Assembly (NCBI GenBank): GCA_973895155.1
Contig: OZ316895.1
Coordinates: forward strand, 12,895,363 to 12,959,362
DNA length: 64,000 nt
DNA from: Marsupella aquatica
Taxonomy: Eukaryota; Plantae; Marchantiophyta
Direction of reading: 5' to 3'
Of the stretch, positions 37,770 to 51,039 are shown one piece after another (within the stretch, counting starts at the first letter, position 1; every line of letters starts with the position of its first letter). Under the pieces are notes generated by a model that had not been told where the DNA came from, made no database searches, and worked only from the letters and a program-made list of their open reading frames with translations. The position numbers and the translations under genes were made by a program.

Positions 37770-38754
37770 TGAAAAGTAGTTATTGTTTGTGACATTACCA
37801 TTGAAAAACATGGATAACTTGAAAATTTTCAAATTTTCAAAATGCCTTTACCACTTATTCATGAATTCATGGTTAAAGTTTCTTGAGAAATTTGTAGTTT
37901 AATATTTTCTTAGTGGGTTGTGTTTCAATTCAATTAGATGGTGTCATTTCTATCCTCCTTGTCTTCTTTTCACAATAATGTGTATCAGGTTAAGTTGTAG
38001 TAGTTTATTTTCTGGTTTTTAAATGACAATGGCTTTTGGAGGTGATTTAGTTGTCGGTTCAAGAGACAGCTCGTGTAGTTGTGAGACCATTGTAGATAAT
38101 AGTGTTGTATTTGAGGTCATTTATTGGTGGAATGTAACTTCAGATGAATTTGGTCATTTTTAGGCTGTCAAAACATAGCTAGTTTATGTCATATTTTGTT
38201 CGCTCCATATTTTTGTTCTAAAATAGGTGCTAATTTTGGCACTTTTTTTGACTTTTTCGTTGTTTTTCTGATTTTTTGGCTAGAGTTCCTAAAGTATGGG
38301 CTTGTTACTCATCATTTAAGGCTTCTTGTTGGTAGTGGTTTGATCAATTATACCATAGTACGGGCCATAGTATAAATCACATTGCACAAGAACAAGAGGC
38401 GGCCAAAAGGGGAGATAGGGTCCCACAGGCCAAAGGCCCAATTAAACCACCACTGATCATATAAAAGGAATAGTGTCCAAAACTTCTCCCTTTTTCCCAT
38501 TCCTAGCCTCTTGTGTGAGGCTTTGCTACAAAATCCATGGAACCATGTTTTTGTCATGGCTAGTGGCTCTTTAAGGACAAGAGGTGATAAGTTGCACCAC
38601 AAGATTGATTTACACTAATGTGCTTGGTACAAAGAGTTCCTGTGTGGTTACTGAGTGATATGTCTAGAAGGTCCTTCACTTAGAGCCACTCGATCTAAAT
38701 CAACAACAACTCTACATGGAAAATTTATATCACATTTCACAAAGGCATAAAACT

Positions 38755-39060
38755 CTCAACCGGGAGACATTATCCCAAAGGCAAAGCAACCCAATGAAAG
38801 GGAGTAAAAGAGAGGAAAGGGCCCCAAGAAAAACAAGCCAAGGGGTCCCCCACCCATAAACCAATGAAGGAACAAGGACAAACAAATAACCAACAAAGGA
38901 GCAGTGAAGGCTAATATCCTACTGAACAAAGAACTCAAAGGTCTGGTATAGCTCTAGAGTAAACCGCATAGCAAGGTCACCATGCAAAACCTGACCTGAG
39001 GCCCTAAAACTTAGGGCCTCAGTCCTACGAAAGAGGGTCAATAGGCCCTAAAACCTATGG
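38755..39060 (-). mobile_element. Decayed CRE-like 3'-end copy
   Basis: Reverse complement resembles 10600-10850 (..GGGATCATGTCTCCCGGTT; GAGACTGTTGGTCTCAGGGCC). Confidence 0.55.
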
Positions 39061-39113
39061 CCTCCAACCCTACGAAACAAGGTGAATGGGCTCTTCAAGA
39101 GCTACCGGCCCAA

Positions 39114-42100
39114 CTAAGTAGATGCTATCGTGGATTCCAGTTGGCAGCGCAACGCTCCAATGTCGTGCAGTAGATATCGGGGAGGGATTGTAGTGCAGAC
39201 CCGCCGCAGCCTCCGTCCCTTCGTAATAGAGTAGAACTCGACAATGTCCTTCTGGTAGTGAGCAAAGATGTACTCCCTGACGTGAACTGTCCCCACACTT
39301 CCTTTGGTAGGGACCTTCCATTCAGTGTACTGTTTATTCCAGTCCGTGTAAAGTACTTTTTCGTCTCTTTGATCAAAGAAAAAGAATCCTTTAATCGCCG
39401 CATGGTCGGAACAGGATTCAGGTACGAACTCGTTATTAGTGACAAAATACATGCCACCGAGGCCCTGAGGCTGGTGCAATGTATCATGATGTCCAGGGTG
39501 GTTCACCGGACGAAAGCAAGTGAGCATGCAGTGAGGGCACTTTTCTGCACATCTTGGGCCAGCATTGTCAGTCGCGCATTGAATCATCCTGTCGGTCACC
39601 AATTTTACCACTTCTTGAATTGAAGAGCGTGAAAAATCAGGTTTGATGTCAGTATCCAGACCTCCGCATAAGTCACTGGCCAATTTGGCAAAATCAAGAA
39701 TATCGCCAGACTTAGAGTACACTTCCTCGCTCACATAGTTAGAAATGTTTCTAGTAAGTTCTAGGGACCCAGCGCCAATGTCATTGATGGATTGAACTAA
39801 ATTCTTAATAAATACCGTAGATTTTGATGAACCAGATTCCGAAACTGATGTACGAACAGCTGCAGCTGATATTGCCTCCTTGATTTTTTTCAGAAAGGAT
39901 ACCCAGAGATGATCATATCTGACTTGTCTGAGAACCTCCTGTTCTATGAGATCGTCCACAACTGTTTTGTAATGGATTGCCCCATCTGTCACACATTTGA
40001 GAAGCTCATTTGTGTTTGAAGCCTCCATGAGTTCCACTAGGTGGAGGTCAAGATGCGCCCTCATTACAATCCAGTTCCCTGCCCACGCGTCGTTGATCAG
40101 CTTGTTGGCGACATGATTTGACAAATTACACCTAAAACTGTCCATCAATCTGGACTTTAGGAGGTTGTCGATCTCCGTAAACAGCAACTTCGTTCCATCC
40201 ACCTTATTGGCAAGATTTTGGAAAAAGAGCCAGAGCCTTTGTTCCTCCTTCTCTAGCCGTTTTGCGACATTGTGATTCTTATCCCATTTCTCCTGAATGG
40301 CTACAAGCTTCTCGGTTAGCATTTTCTTGACATGACAGTGTATGGCGTACTCCTCTTGCTTTGGCAACCTTGCCCCTTTTGATTGCTTCTCCGTGGACCG
40401 GATCATTTCCTCCACGAGGTGATCCGCATATTGTGTTTTGTCCTGCAAATATGCTTTCACCTTTGATTCTAGAACAGCAGTCACCTCTCGTATTCCATCA
40501 TAGTCAGTAGAATCCAAATATCCGATCTGAAACCAACTCGTGCTGGACTTCTTTGGCGGATTGCTGTGACCACTGGACTCCTCCTTCGCGGGGAAAGCAA
40601 ATCGTTGGCCAGTTATGGGAGACTCCGTGTACACCCTGGTTACTTTGAAATCGACCTCCTCTGCCATTGGCGGGTGCTCTCCCTGGGCCTGGGATAAAAT
40701 GCGTTGAAAAATTTCATCGAATTCTCGCTTCATGTTCTCCCCCCTGTTAGGTGCCATCATATCGAGGTTGCGAGTCTTGGCATCTATCTCCATCTGAATT
40801 TTTGCGTTGTAGTCTTTCACCACATCGTCAAACTTGAAGACGGCATCAACATAATCTTCAAGACGCTGCTGCCAATCTCTCTCCTGATCTGAGCAGAAGT
40901 TTGTCCAGTTAGCCAGCTCGCCAACCTTCCATTTCTGCGATTGCGGATGTTCCAGCGTCTCTTTCACCTCTTCTGCAGTTTCATCCACGGTCGTTTGAAC
41001 TGTGAGCTTGAGCTTGTTCCAAAGGGGTCGAAATGATCGGTCAACTCCTTGATCAGTACCTCTTTCCACTTGAAGTTCTCCTGCCAGTTTTTCGAACTCT
41101 TCCATCCATGTTTTGCCCACTTGTTTTCTGGACGCCACTAGCTTATCCTGAAGTACCTCAAACTGAATGTATTCCATCTGATTCCTAAAACCGATCTCAA
41201 AGTTTGCCTCAGAAATACAGTCCCAAACAAGTTTCAAGTGCGATGCCCAGCTGTTCAGTTCATAGGCCTTCCAACCGTCATCCACAACACGTTTGTGGAT
41301 GTACTCCCGCAAGGCCTCCACCTTTGTGCCATAATTCCAGTCAGGCGTGTCTCCTGGCGGGACATTTCCCTTCTTCAGGTTGCCAAAATACTTCACATCA
41401 CTGTCTTCTTCCGTCGTGCTGATATGGAAATCCTTGAGCAGAGTGTCAGAGTGTCCCAACTGTCTAGAGGCACCACGCAAGTATTCCTGGAGCTTTCTTT
41501 CGTTTCTTCCCAACTTGCTTACATCATTCGTATCCACACTTCTATAAGCAAAACAAACCTTTGCGTGTCTCCGACCGGCACATTGCTTAGCCATAGCCGA
41601 CTCTTTGAATGCCAACATCACCATGGGTAGCACCTCTTTGAGCCCATTATCATCTTCATTGGCCACCATAACAATACAAGCATCTGCTGGAAGAACAGCA
41701 AATGTTGCCAATCGATTGTCATGTACGTCGGCATTCTTCTCATGAAAGAATTCTGGGGATCTTATCCCCTCTGTGTCCAATATAAGCACATAGTCAAACT
41801 CCTTTCTCTCTGACTTGATGAGCTGAAAATAGACCCCGCGGGTACATTGCCCTGCACTTGTCTTCAGTTTTGTGCCAAACATGACATTTAACAAAGTAGA
41901 CTTCCCGCTGCTCTGTAACCCTATGACACTCAGCACGAACACCTTGGGCTTATGTTTGAGTGACGATGATAACACCTTATTCAGCTCACTTAAAACTGAC
42001 TCCACCCACACGCTGTTGAACATACCTGCGTCTCCATCCAAAATTTCCAGTGGAAATCCGTCGATCAAGTGTTCTGCCGCTAGCTGTGGGAGATACTTCA

Positions 42101-45100
42101 AGCGGGTGTTGGCCACAAATATATGGCTCAACTCGCGCCACAGGTGCTCCAAACCCAGCTTCTTACCCACATGCTCTCGTCTGGCAAGTATGTACTTTTG
42201 CTTCAAGTCGAGATTATCTTCATGTCGCTGCGATTCTTCAAAAGCCTGCGCCTCCTTCTCATGCGCCCTCTTGAGTATCAAATGGAGCTTCTTCTCAATA
42301 TTCAACTCAAGTTTCACAATGCCAATACTCCGCTCCACATAATTCTCCAAAAAGAGTATTGAAATGAAAGTTTGAAGGAGTGGTAGTCCCTGTACTTCTG
42401 ACGCTAGGTTTTTACGTTCATTTTGAAGTTTGATCCTTTTCAAATCGTATTCTGGCTCACTTCTCCGCCTCAGTGACTCAAAATAGACAACTGCCTCCTG
42501 GGCAAAGTTTTTCTGCAATTTAAGAGAGTCTTTTGCCTTCTCTAATTCGATCTTACGTAGATTCGCGAGATTGGAAACTGGTGTCTCCTTGCTGAAGGTG
42601 GGGATCGAGACCGTCGACAGGCATTGTTTCAGAGTTGCTGCTCCGCCTCCTGACGCACCTTTGAACAACTTCTCTTCGACGATGCCTTGGAGTAAGTATC
42701 CTTCGATTTGATCAGCAATCCATTGGAATGATCCCCAAAATGTGCAGTAGGGTTCATCCTGCCACCCTTGCTCTGACGGGTTGATTTTCCAATATATGAT
42801 GTTATCTGAGCTGAAATGGCCTGTAACCCAAGAACGAGAGCTCGCGTCTTCTGATGGATCCATCTCTATGATGACAAAATCTGCAACCTTCGCCAAAAAC
42901 TCCTCCAGTCCATAGTGGTCTCCCGACACACAAAATACAAGGCACGGCTTGTGGTCTTGGGACTCATCCTCTGAAGTTCGTAAAAAGCCTACGCCAAGCT
43001 CAATGACTGCATTCCCATCGCCGGTGTCACCCTTAAGGAATTTACTTGAAAGTTGGAAATTCATCACTTTACTTGCCATGTGTGATGTTTCACGTGTGGA
43101 AAAAAACTTTCTCATCGAAAGAAACAGGACACGAGGCAATTTAGTATCCTCGGCAATCGACAGAATCTCTTGCTTTGCCAATTTGACTCGCACAAAATCA
43201 AGAGCCTCAGCAAGATGAACAAAACAGCTATTCTCTTCAGTCCGCGTCTCCACTGGAACAATGAGAGGTATCGCAATTCTCGCGTCGAGTAGTAACTGGA
43301 AGAGAGCCGTTTGTGCAAGCAGATCTGAACTTGTCAACAACTGCACTAAAACGTGAAGCGGAGAAGCTGTAAGGGTAGAATGGGGCTCCCGATGGGGCTT
43401 TCCAATGTCATCACGTGAGGTGCCTTTGTTGACGCGCCGGGGAAAGAAATTTTTCCTTTGCGAAACGTCGGCAGGTTTGCTCAATGTCGATGCGAAGGGC
43501 TCAAGTCGGTGTTTTATACGATCCATCATCCGTCTACGTGGTTCGGCAGAGATGTCTTTTGGCCCATCGACCAACATGTGCCGACTGTAAACTGTGAAGA
43601 TACCCTCAGGTATTGAACCTACTGCTGATGTCTTACTTGATCTTTCAAGGTCGAGTAAGTGGGGATTCCTTCCAAGAATGTCAAGATTTTTATTCATGTT
43701 GGATATTCGCGAACGAGAAGCTCTAGGTGTCACAGGTCCAGCCACAGCATCTTCGACTGCAGAAGAACATAGGCAAGATTTATCAGAAATACGAATTGAT
43801 GGGTGTACTTGAATTTAGCAATAACTTTGACAGTTAATTCGAGGACCGCACCTATATAAACAGTCACCAGTGTCTTGATGTTGAATTGATAATTGCACTG
43901 AAAAGTAAGATCTTTGCCCAACTCAGTGACCAATCAGGGACATCAACCCGAGGATTAAGACTTCTACGAACTGGTACGAGTTCTAGTGACGAGTTTCCTC
44001 GTGAGGTAGATCACAATTGAGAGAGAGGAAGCAAGACCACTAGTAAGAGTGACAAGTCAAGAAAAACTGACTCACGTACTACCAAAGCATGCCCATCGAT
44101 ATATATCCAATGCATGATTAGCAACTAGTGTAGACTGATCCAGCGTTTTGTTGGGAAAGTTGCAAACAGACCGAATTATAATCCGATCATTCAAAGTAAC
44201 TTTGAGCGTACAGTTACGATGGACCTGAGATTAGTGTATACAATAATTGGGATAGAGCAAATTATACTTCTAATTCAGTATACTTAGAGTGTGCTACCGA
44301 AAGGTTGGTGATGAAGTTTCAGAGTTGCATTTCTATACAATGGCTAGCTGCCACCAATCTAGAAATACAACATAATCAGAGAGCATTCATGCAGAGGATG
44401 GCACGGGTGAGAAATTACCTTCTGGCAGGCCCACAGTTGGAGTGGGATTTCGAAACCCACTAGTCATCGACTCCAGCTCATTGACTAGAACATTCACCTC
44501 CTCTCTTGTCACGCGCGTCATGTCCCGGATTCTACCGTTCTCATCGAAACCATGAACCATAATCAATTTCCGTACTCCTTCTACCGGATCACCGCCATTT
44601 CGGTGCTGACGAAAGAAATCCCTTATCGCCTTTCCCACGGCCTTGCTGTCAAATGCAGCTGTCATAGTGGCACCGGAACTCTGTTGTCCAAGCAGTATCT
44701 TCAGGCGATCTACCAATCCACCTCGTGACATGTCTTCCAAAGGAGGCAGTGGAACTACAGTTTCGACCTCGTTGCGAAGTAGAGCTTGGACAGAACTCCT
44801 CAAGTGGATATCCTCCTCCTTGAGCCAGACTTGTACATCGTGATTTATGAGGCTTTGCACGAGTGCGCGTCCTTCGTGTAGCGAGTAAGCTTGTGTTGAC
44901 TCTGCCAATCGACTCAAGAGGTCATGGAATTTAGTAAGTTGAAACAAGTCCTTCTTCCGAATTGAATCTAGATTTTCTGTCATCTCCAGCCAAACCTTTT
45001 TGAGAGTGTCTGTGTCCATGTTCAAATCCGCAGATGTCGAGCTCACATCAAGCAGAGATTTGACGTATTCCATGTAGGACGATTGTAACAATGAGTAGAC

Positions 45101-46063
45101 TTTGCCCTCGCTCGCAGCGGCTATACTCTTTACAGAATTCTGCCAGGCCTCACGGAGCAGAGCGCAGCAATTTTGCAGATCCTCGGCGTTTCTGACAGCC
45201 GGGATCTCCCAGACTGGCACAAGCTCGGGGCCGTCCACTTTATCTATGATATCCCAAGTAGAGTTGTCGCTTAACCGAGCCTTGAAGTCCCCTTCATCGT
45301 CTGTGCCGGGACCCAGCGCAGTGTAAACATATTCCACAGTTGCCTGGTGACTGGCCCGTAGATCACCGGAAGAGGAACCGTTTGCATTGGGAAACTGCAC
45401 CTTTCCTCCAACCTTGAAAAGGTCGAAGTTGACTCCAGCTCCAAGCTTTTTGTTTGTAGAGACATTCTCCAGCATTTTCTGCAAGCTTGTTGTAGTCCTT
45501 GCCCGCATCACGAGACCCTTCATAAGCACTCCCCCAACGTGATATTTGCCAGTTGAAACGTGAGAATTATAGTCAGACAAGAACTTTTTTGCGTCGGCAG
45601 GATTCTGCACACGGCGGGCATCGTTCAGGGCCTCCTCGCTCAATTGCATTTGATGAAGAGGGATGGCAAACGACGCTTTCGGGCAGTACCATACTTGCAT
45701 GTGGCATGCCTCCTTGGACATATCCAGAGACGATAGACTCGTCTGCTTGCCTGTATGGCGACTTACTTCTCCGACCGCTCCAACACCGAACTCACAGACT
45801 TTGGCATGAAGATTCATTGCAGCTGTCCACCCGGAATTCTTCACTGCTTCACGAAAGCCCTCACCGGCGACAATAGTGGAGCATGAATGACTCCGCACCG
45901 TAGACATCTGACCCGAGTTCATCAGCTTGCATTGCTCGGGTGAGCGTAGCAACTGCTTCTTGGCTCGCACATGACCACAACGCTCGTCAGACTCACCCAC
46001 ATAAGTGCCACACAAGGCAACACCACCACTAGCTCTTGCAATGACATCCTCGTCTGTCACCAT
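39114..46063 (-). CDS. GVIN1/VLIG-type very large GTPase with N-terminal MACPF-like domain, two exons, about 2095 aa
   Basis: Exon 1 46063-44419 (ASGGVALCGTY; FLSDYNSHVSTGKYHVGGVL; WDIID...LVPVWEI) splices in phase 1 (GAAG|GTAATT...TGCAG|TC) in frame to exon 2 43756-39114 (LGLEHLWRELS; G1 GLQSSGKSTLLN; SAGQCTRG; G3 DTEG; C-terminal CAEKCPHC...H...H..HQPQGLGG). No internal stops. Confidence 0.88.
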
Positions 46064-46339
46064 GGCGATCGAATGGAGGGAGGTCGGGACGGGCAAGAGA
46101 TGGGTACGTGAGTTCCAGTTCGAGCTCAAGGCCTGGCGATGGCGGCTGCAACCTCCTAACACCAAGCTCTCTGATACCAGTAGCTGCTTCGACCGAGCGA
46201 GGCGTCAAACGAATTCCTACCTGAGCAGAGGTAAGAATGAAACGGAATGAAACTCTCGGCCGGCAAGTCTGTACGCTGCGATTTAGACAATAAACCCCTA
46301 AAGTATCCTATATTCTTACTTTATTGAATATATTCTCGC

Positions 46340-47280
46340 TTATCCCTTGTGCTTGATTTCTATTGCATACTTTGTTGACTTAAATTTACCCATAACTGCT
46401 TCCCAGAAGTTGCTTGGTCTCCAATTGCTTGTGCACCTCAAGGTCTGTATTTCAACCGATTCTCCTGTCTCTGTAGGGTGCTTAGTCAGGTGCAGTAGAT
46501 GTGCCCATCAGCCTATTAGTTATTTATTTCATTTTTCAAAGGACTAGCCTGAATGCCCGAGTTTTAATCCTAAATAGATGGCGAGTGTCACGGGCCTATT
46601 TTATCCCTCAAGTGTGGCGATGGCCAGTCTTCACTTTAGATCATAAGCCTAGCTAGAGTCACAAATTTTTTCCTTCACTTCAGAATGTAAGCCCTTGTCC
46701 CTTATTCTAGCTTTTCTATTGTGATTTATATTAAATAGATTTCTCATGTCAGTCTACTTTGTTGACTTGTACCCATGACCGTTTTGCAGAAGTTTCTGGG
46801 TGTTCAATTGCATGTGCATCTCAAGGTCTTTATTTCAACTGATTCTCGTGTCTAGTCTACTGTAGTCCACTAGCTTGTTCATGTCGATAATCCCCTCAGC
46901 CTAGTATGTTCTTTATTTCAACTCACTAGCCTAAATGCCCCAGTTTTGATCCTAAAGAGATGGTGAGTTTAAGGCCTATTTCCAGTCCATAGTCAAGTGT
47001 AACCATGGCCAGAGTCACGGTTTAGGGGCTTCAATTTGTATCATAAGCCCTTAAACCCTTATTCTAGCTTTCTATTGCATTTCTAAATATATTCTCCTGT
47101 CAAGTCAACCTCAAGGTCTTTATTTCAACTCATTCTCCTGTCTACTGTAGTTCACTTGCTTGTTCAAGTCTATGTCCCCATAAGTCATTGATTAAAACCC
47201 AGTGCCAGTGGGTCCAGAATTCTTCTGCACCTTGAGGTCTTTATTTGAACCCTCGTTTGAACCATTTCTCGTGTCCTCCA
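46340..47280. repeat. Degenerate direct repeats upstream of the GVIN-like gene
   Basis: CTCAAGGTCT(G/T)TATTTCAAC.GATTCTC.TGTCT recurs at about 46437, 46820, 47110 and 47230; the first two units are about 380 bp apart and share flanking blocks. Confidence 0.7.
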
Positions 47281-48561
47281 CTTGCTGGTAATGGTTCACG
47301 GAAACTCAAGAACAGCTGGTGATGTTTCCTTGAAAAAACTAGATGCTGCAGGTCCCACTCTTACATGCTTGGCCAGACCACTTGCTTATTCAAATACAAA
47401 GAAAAATCCTTTATTTCAATTCCTTAGATGCTTTTCTAGTCCACTTGCTTGTGGTTCCTGGAAATTTTATGCAGTCTCACAACCCATTAGATGCCTGTCT
47501 AGTTCACTCTCTCATTCAAGTCTATTGTCCCCAGAGAAATGGGTTTTTTTCAAAGGGGGCACATGCCCGTGAACCTTTATTCCCTGCTTTATTCAATGGG
47601 AAAACCCAATACAAGTGGAAACAACTGCCTGATAGGAGGCAGGAAACCAAAGAGACAATTAATGAGGGCTAGGAGACTGAGGGTGCACACCCAGAGAAAA
47701 TAGGAGGGGACCCTCCCAACCGGACAGCCAAATAGAGGGGGCAAGTCATAGGAGGAAAGGAACCCGGAATCAAGGCCTGATGGCCAAAGATCCCAAAGAA
47801 CAAACAATGACCAGAATGAACCAGAAGCAGCAAACAATTAATTGCTGGACATCAGCCATATATCACACTGGGCAACAGCCGAGCTCTGTCCCCCACCGGC
47901 GGACCACTCCAATACCCCCACCCGTACCCCCACCACCTTCAGCCAAACTTGGTCCCGGTACTGCCAAAAACCACATAATAAGAGCCAAGGACAATCCCAT
48001 CTGGACAGCCAGCAGGAAAGCAATCAACGTCCTGTAGAACTGAAAAACAGAGGAAAGGAGCCTGTATGAGTAAGTGCAATCTGATCTCACCGATCACGGC
48101 TGCACACCCGCCATCACCAATCTCACATAACACATCCATCATTGAGAGGACGGGCAGAAAGCATGTGCCCCGGAAGAAACAAGAATATCTTATTAACCTA
48201 GCGACACAACCATTATCAGCAGAACTAGATAATTATGCAATGCAAGCTCAATATATACCCTGCATTGCACAAAAGAATGATGTTGTTAAGAAAAGATGTC
48301 ATGGCACCGAAGATGCCCTTAAGAAAAGAGATGTCATGTTGCTCAAGATGTCACGTATTAAGAAAAAAAAGTGTCGTGGCACCCAAGATAGAAAAAAGAT
48401 GTTTTGCCCAAGGTGCCGTTAAGTGAATGTTGTTTTGCCCAAGGTGCCCTTAAGTGAAAAGATAATGTGTCAAACAACATATTGTTAAGAAAAAATATGT
48501 TGTGGCACCCAAGATGTCCTTAATTTAGAAAAGAGACGCCACAGTGCCCATAGTGTTGTAG

Positions 48562-48904
48562 TGTTGAGCATAGACGACACTTGTAACAGTAAGCACATGA
48601 CACATCCAACGTGCAAGTAGTCGACACAAGAGATACGTGGTTCACCTCCTCGAGGCTACGTCCATGGGAACACACAAGAGAGCTTTATTGAACTCTAAGC
48701 CCGTCAGCCTTACCAAGTCTCTACAGTGTAAGCTCTCCTCATCTCTCAAGTGGCTCCGTAACAATGAGCCTAAGTTCCACTTATCCAAGCAAACACCGCT
48801 TGGCATATAGTGTGCATCCTAGTTAACATAACCACGTCTCCGACTATGGTTAGCCTAACTACGGTTACATGTCGTAACCCTAGACCTTGAGTAAATACCT
48901 AACA
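48562..48904. mobile_element. Solo LTR (copia-like)
   Basis: TGTTGAGC...CCTAACA termini, 5-bp TSD TGTAG on both sides; shares TACGTGGTTCACCTC..GAGGCTAC.TCCA with the adjacent LTRs. Confidence 0.8.
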
Positions 48905-49039
48905 TGTAGCACCCAAGATGTCGTTAAGACAAAAGTTGCACAAAAAATAGTGTGGTGAGAAAAAGATGTTGAAAAGAAAAAAGATGTTGAGATGAGAAAA
49001 AGAAGTCGAGGTGAAGAAAATGTCGAGGAGAGAAAAGAT

Positions 49040-51039
49040 TGTTGGGGATAATCCTTATCCCGAGACACCATGCACATGTAAACACCATACAGAGCAGTCG
49101 ATGCAGCGAGTACGTGGTTCACCTCATGACTGAGGCTACATCCACGGGAAAGCAAGAGACCTTTACTTCTCTCTTACTCCACTCCAACAATGAACTGAAT
49201 ATCCACCAGGGGCTGGCATCAACCCTAGTTATATATAGCATGCATCATTGCTAACCTAAGCTAAGTCTTAACATGAGTTAGTCTAACTGCGGTTAGCCCT
49301 AGAGCACAAGACTAAGAGCAATATTCAACAAATCGACTCCCCCTTGACTCTAGTCTTGGGGACTGGGCTACTTGCTACCATATGCCATCCTCAGCGGGAA
49401 ATTCTAGACAAACACCTAAATAGATCTCCCCCTAAAAACCACCATGAGTTAACTAAGGGTTAACTAGATAAATTAAGTTGTAGCCTAACAGGATCAAGGA
49501 ATCTATATACAATAACTAAGTCACAATATTGTTAGCCAAGTAGCTCTAACTTGTGCTTCAACTGCAAAACCTGCAAAGTAGCACGGTGTCTTGAGAAACT
49601 CTCTAAGTGAATCACTTTTGGTAAAAGTGTCAGGCGAGTTGAGTTTACGGTCAATCTTGACTAGCTCAAACTGATTATCAAAAACACCATGCCTGATAAA
49701 ATGGTACCTGATGTTGATGTGCTTCACTAAGTTGCTATCCATCACTTGGTTCACAGCAAGGTGAAGAGCACTCTAACTATCACAATGGAGCTTCACATTC
49801 CCTTGTGGCAATCCCATCTTAGTGATAAGTCTATCTAACCAAATAGCTTCCTTTGTTGCTTCGCTACTGCAACATACTGAGCTTTTGTAGTAGACTGAGC
49901 AATACACTTCTGCAAAGTAGATCTCCAACTTATGCATCCACCGCCAAGTGTGAAGTCAACACATACCCAGTTGTTGGCCTCCTCCAATCCAGATCCTGTG
50001 CATAGTCAGCATCTACATGTCCCATCAATGATCTCGCATTATCAGCATGTGCACAAACAAAAGACCATGATCCATGGTCCCCTTCAAGTACCAAAAAATC
50101 CACTTCACTGCTTCCCAGTGTACCTTTCCTGGATTCGACATGTACCTACTCACCTTGCCCATAGCCATGGCACGATCAGGTCTAGTGCAAGTCATCAAAT
50201 ACATGAGACTCCCCACTGCCTTGTCATAAGGAACCTCAGACATAACGACCGCTTCGCCGTGATCTCTCCGTTGAGCCCTAGCACTTCACGTTTTTTCCTC
50301 CAAGTCGAACATCACGACGAGAAACCCGGTTCAGATGGGAACAAGCTCCATAGCTTGTGAAAAAATCTGAATGCCTCTTTCACTCGTCACAACGCACTCG
50401 GTGAACACTCGACAGCAATTTGGTTACCGAATGACCAGCTCGCTTTCACCTACAACTTGAGCTATAACATGCAACGCCTTGTGCACCGCACAACTCACAC
50501 CGTTGCAAAAAACAAACTCTGGTCTCTCTCACAAAAACCGTCAAACACAAAAAAATCCAGAATAACGCACTCCAATTCTTCCGCACTATGAATACCGATA
50601 GAAAGCCCTCTCACTAATCTATCTGTTCAGCCACACACATTCAAGTTTCATGCAATGAAAATTCTTGGGATCTTCAAATCATCAACTCCACAAGAAATGC
50701 TTGTCACCACTATGTCACCTCCCAGGCATGCTTTGATACCACTTGTTGGGGATAATCCTTATCCCGAGACACCATGCACATGTAAACACCATACAAAGTA
50801 GTCGACACAACGAGTACGTGGTTCACCTCACGGCTGAGGCTACGTCCATGCCACGGGAAAGCAAGAGACCTTTACCTCTCTCTTGCTCCTCTCCAACAAT
50901 GAACTGAAGATCCACCAGGGGCTGGCATCAGCCCTAGTTATATATAGCATGCATCACTGCTAACCTAAGCTAAGTCCTAACCTGAGTTAGCCTAACTGGG
51001 TTAGCCCTAGAGTCACCAGACTAAGAGCAATACTCAACA
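49040..51039 (-). mobile_element. Internally deleted Ty1/copia LTR retrotransposon
   Basis: LTRs 49040-49330 and 50744-51039 (TG...CA), TSD AAGAT, Met-tRNA PBS (TGGTATCAAAGC on minus, about 50730-50741), PPT next to 49331, RT/RNaseH remnants VPYDKAVGSLMYLMTCTRPD and KHINIRYHFIR. Confidence 0.93.

Larger units (their letters stand above)
28650..38320. mobile_element. Putative two-gene DNA transposon (DUF7869/Sola-like transposase plus ParB-MTase cargo); boundaries tentative
   Basis: Two divergent genes share a promoter region (32905-33683), show the same style of decay and share a palindromic motif. The ends show only weak inverted similarity (CTTAGTTGA..GCCCATATTTA vs the reverse complement CTTAAATGA..GCCCATACTTTA). 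Confidence 0.55.

Noticed and set aside
39125-46250. Numerous short overlapping ORFs on both strands
   Set aside because: They are alternate-frame or antisense by-products of the long GVIN-like coding sequence.
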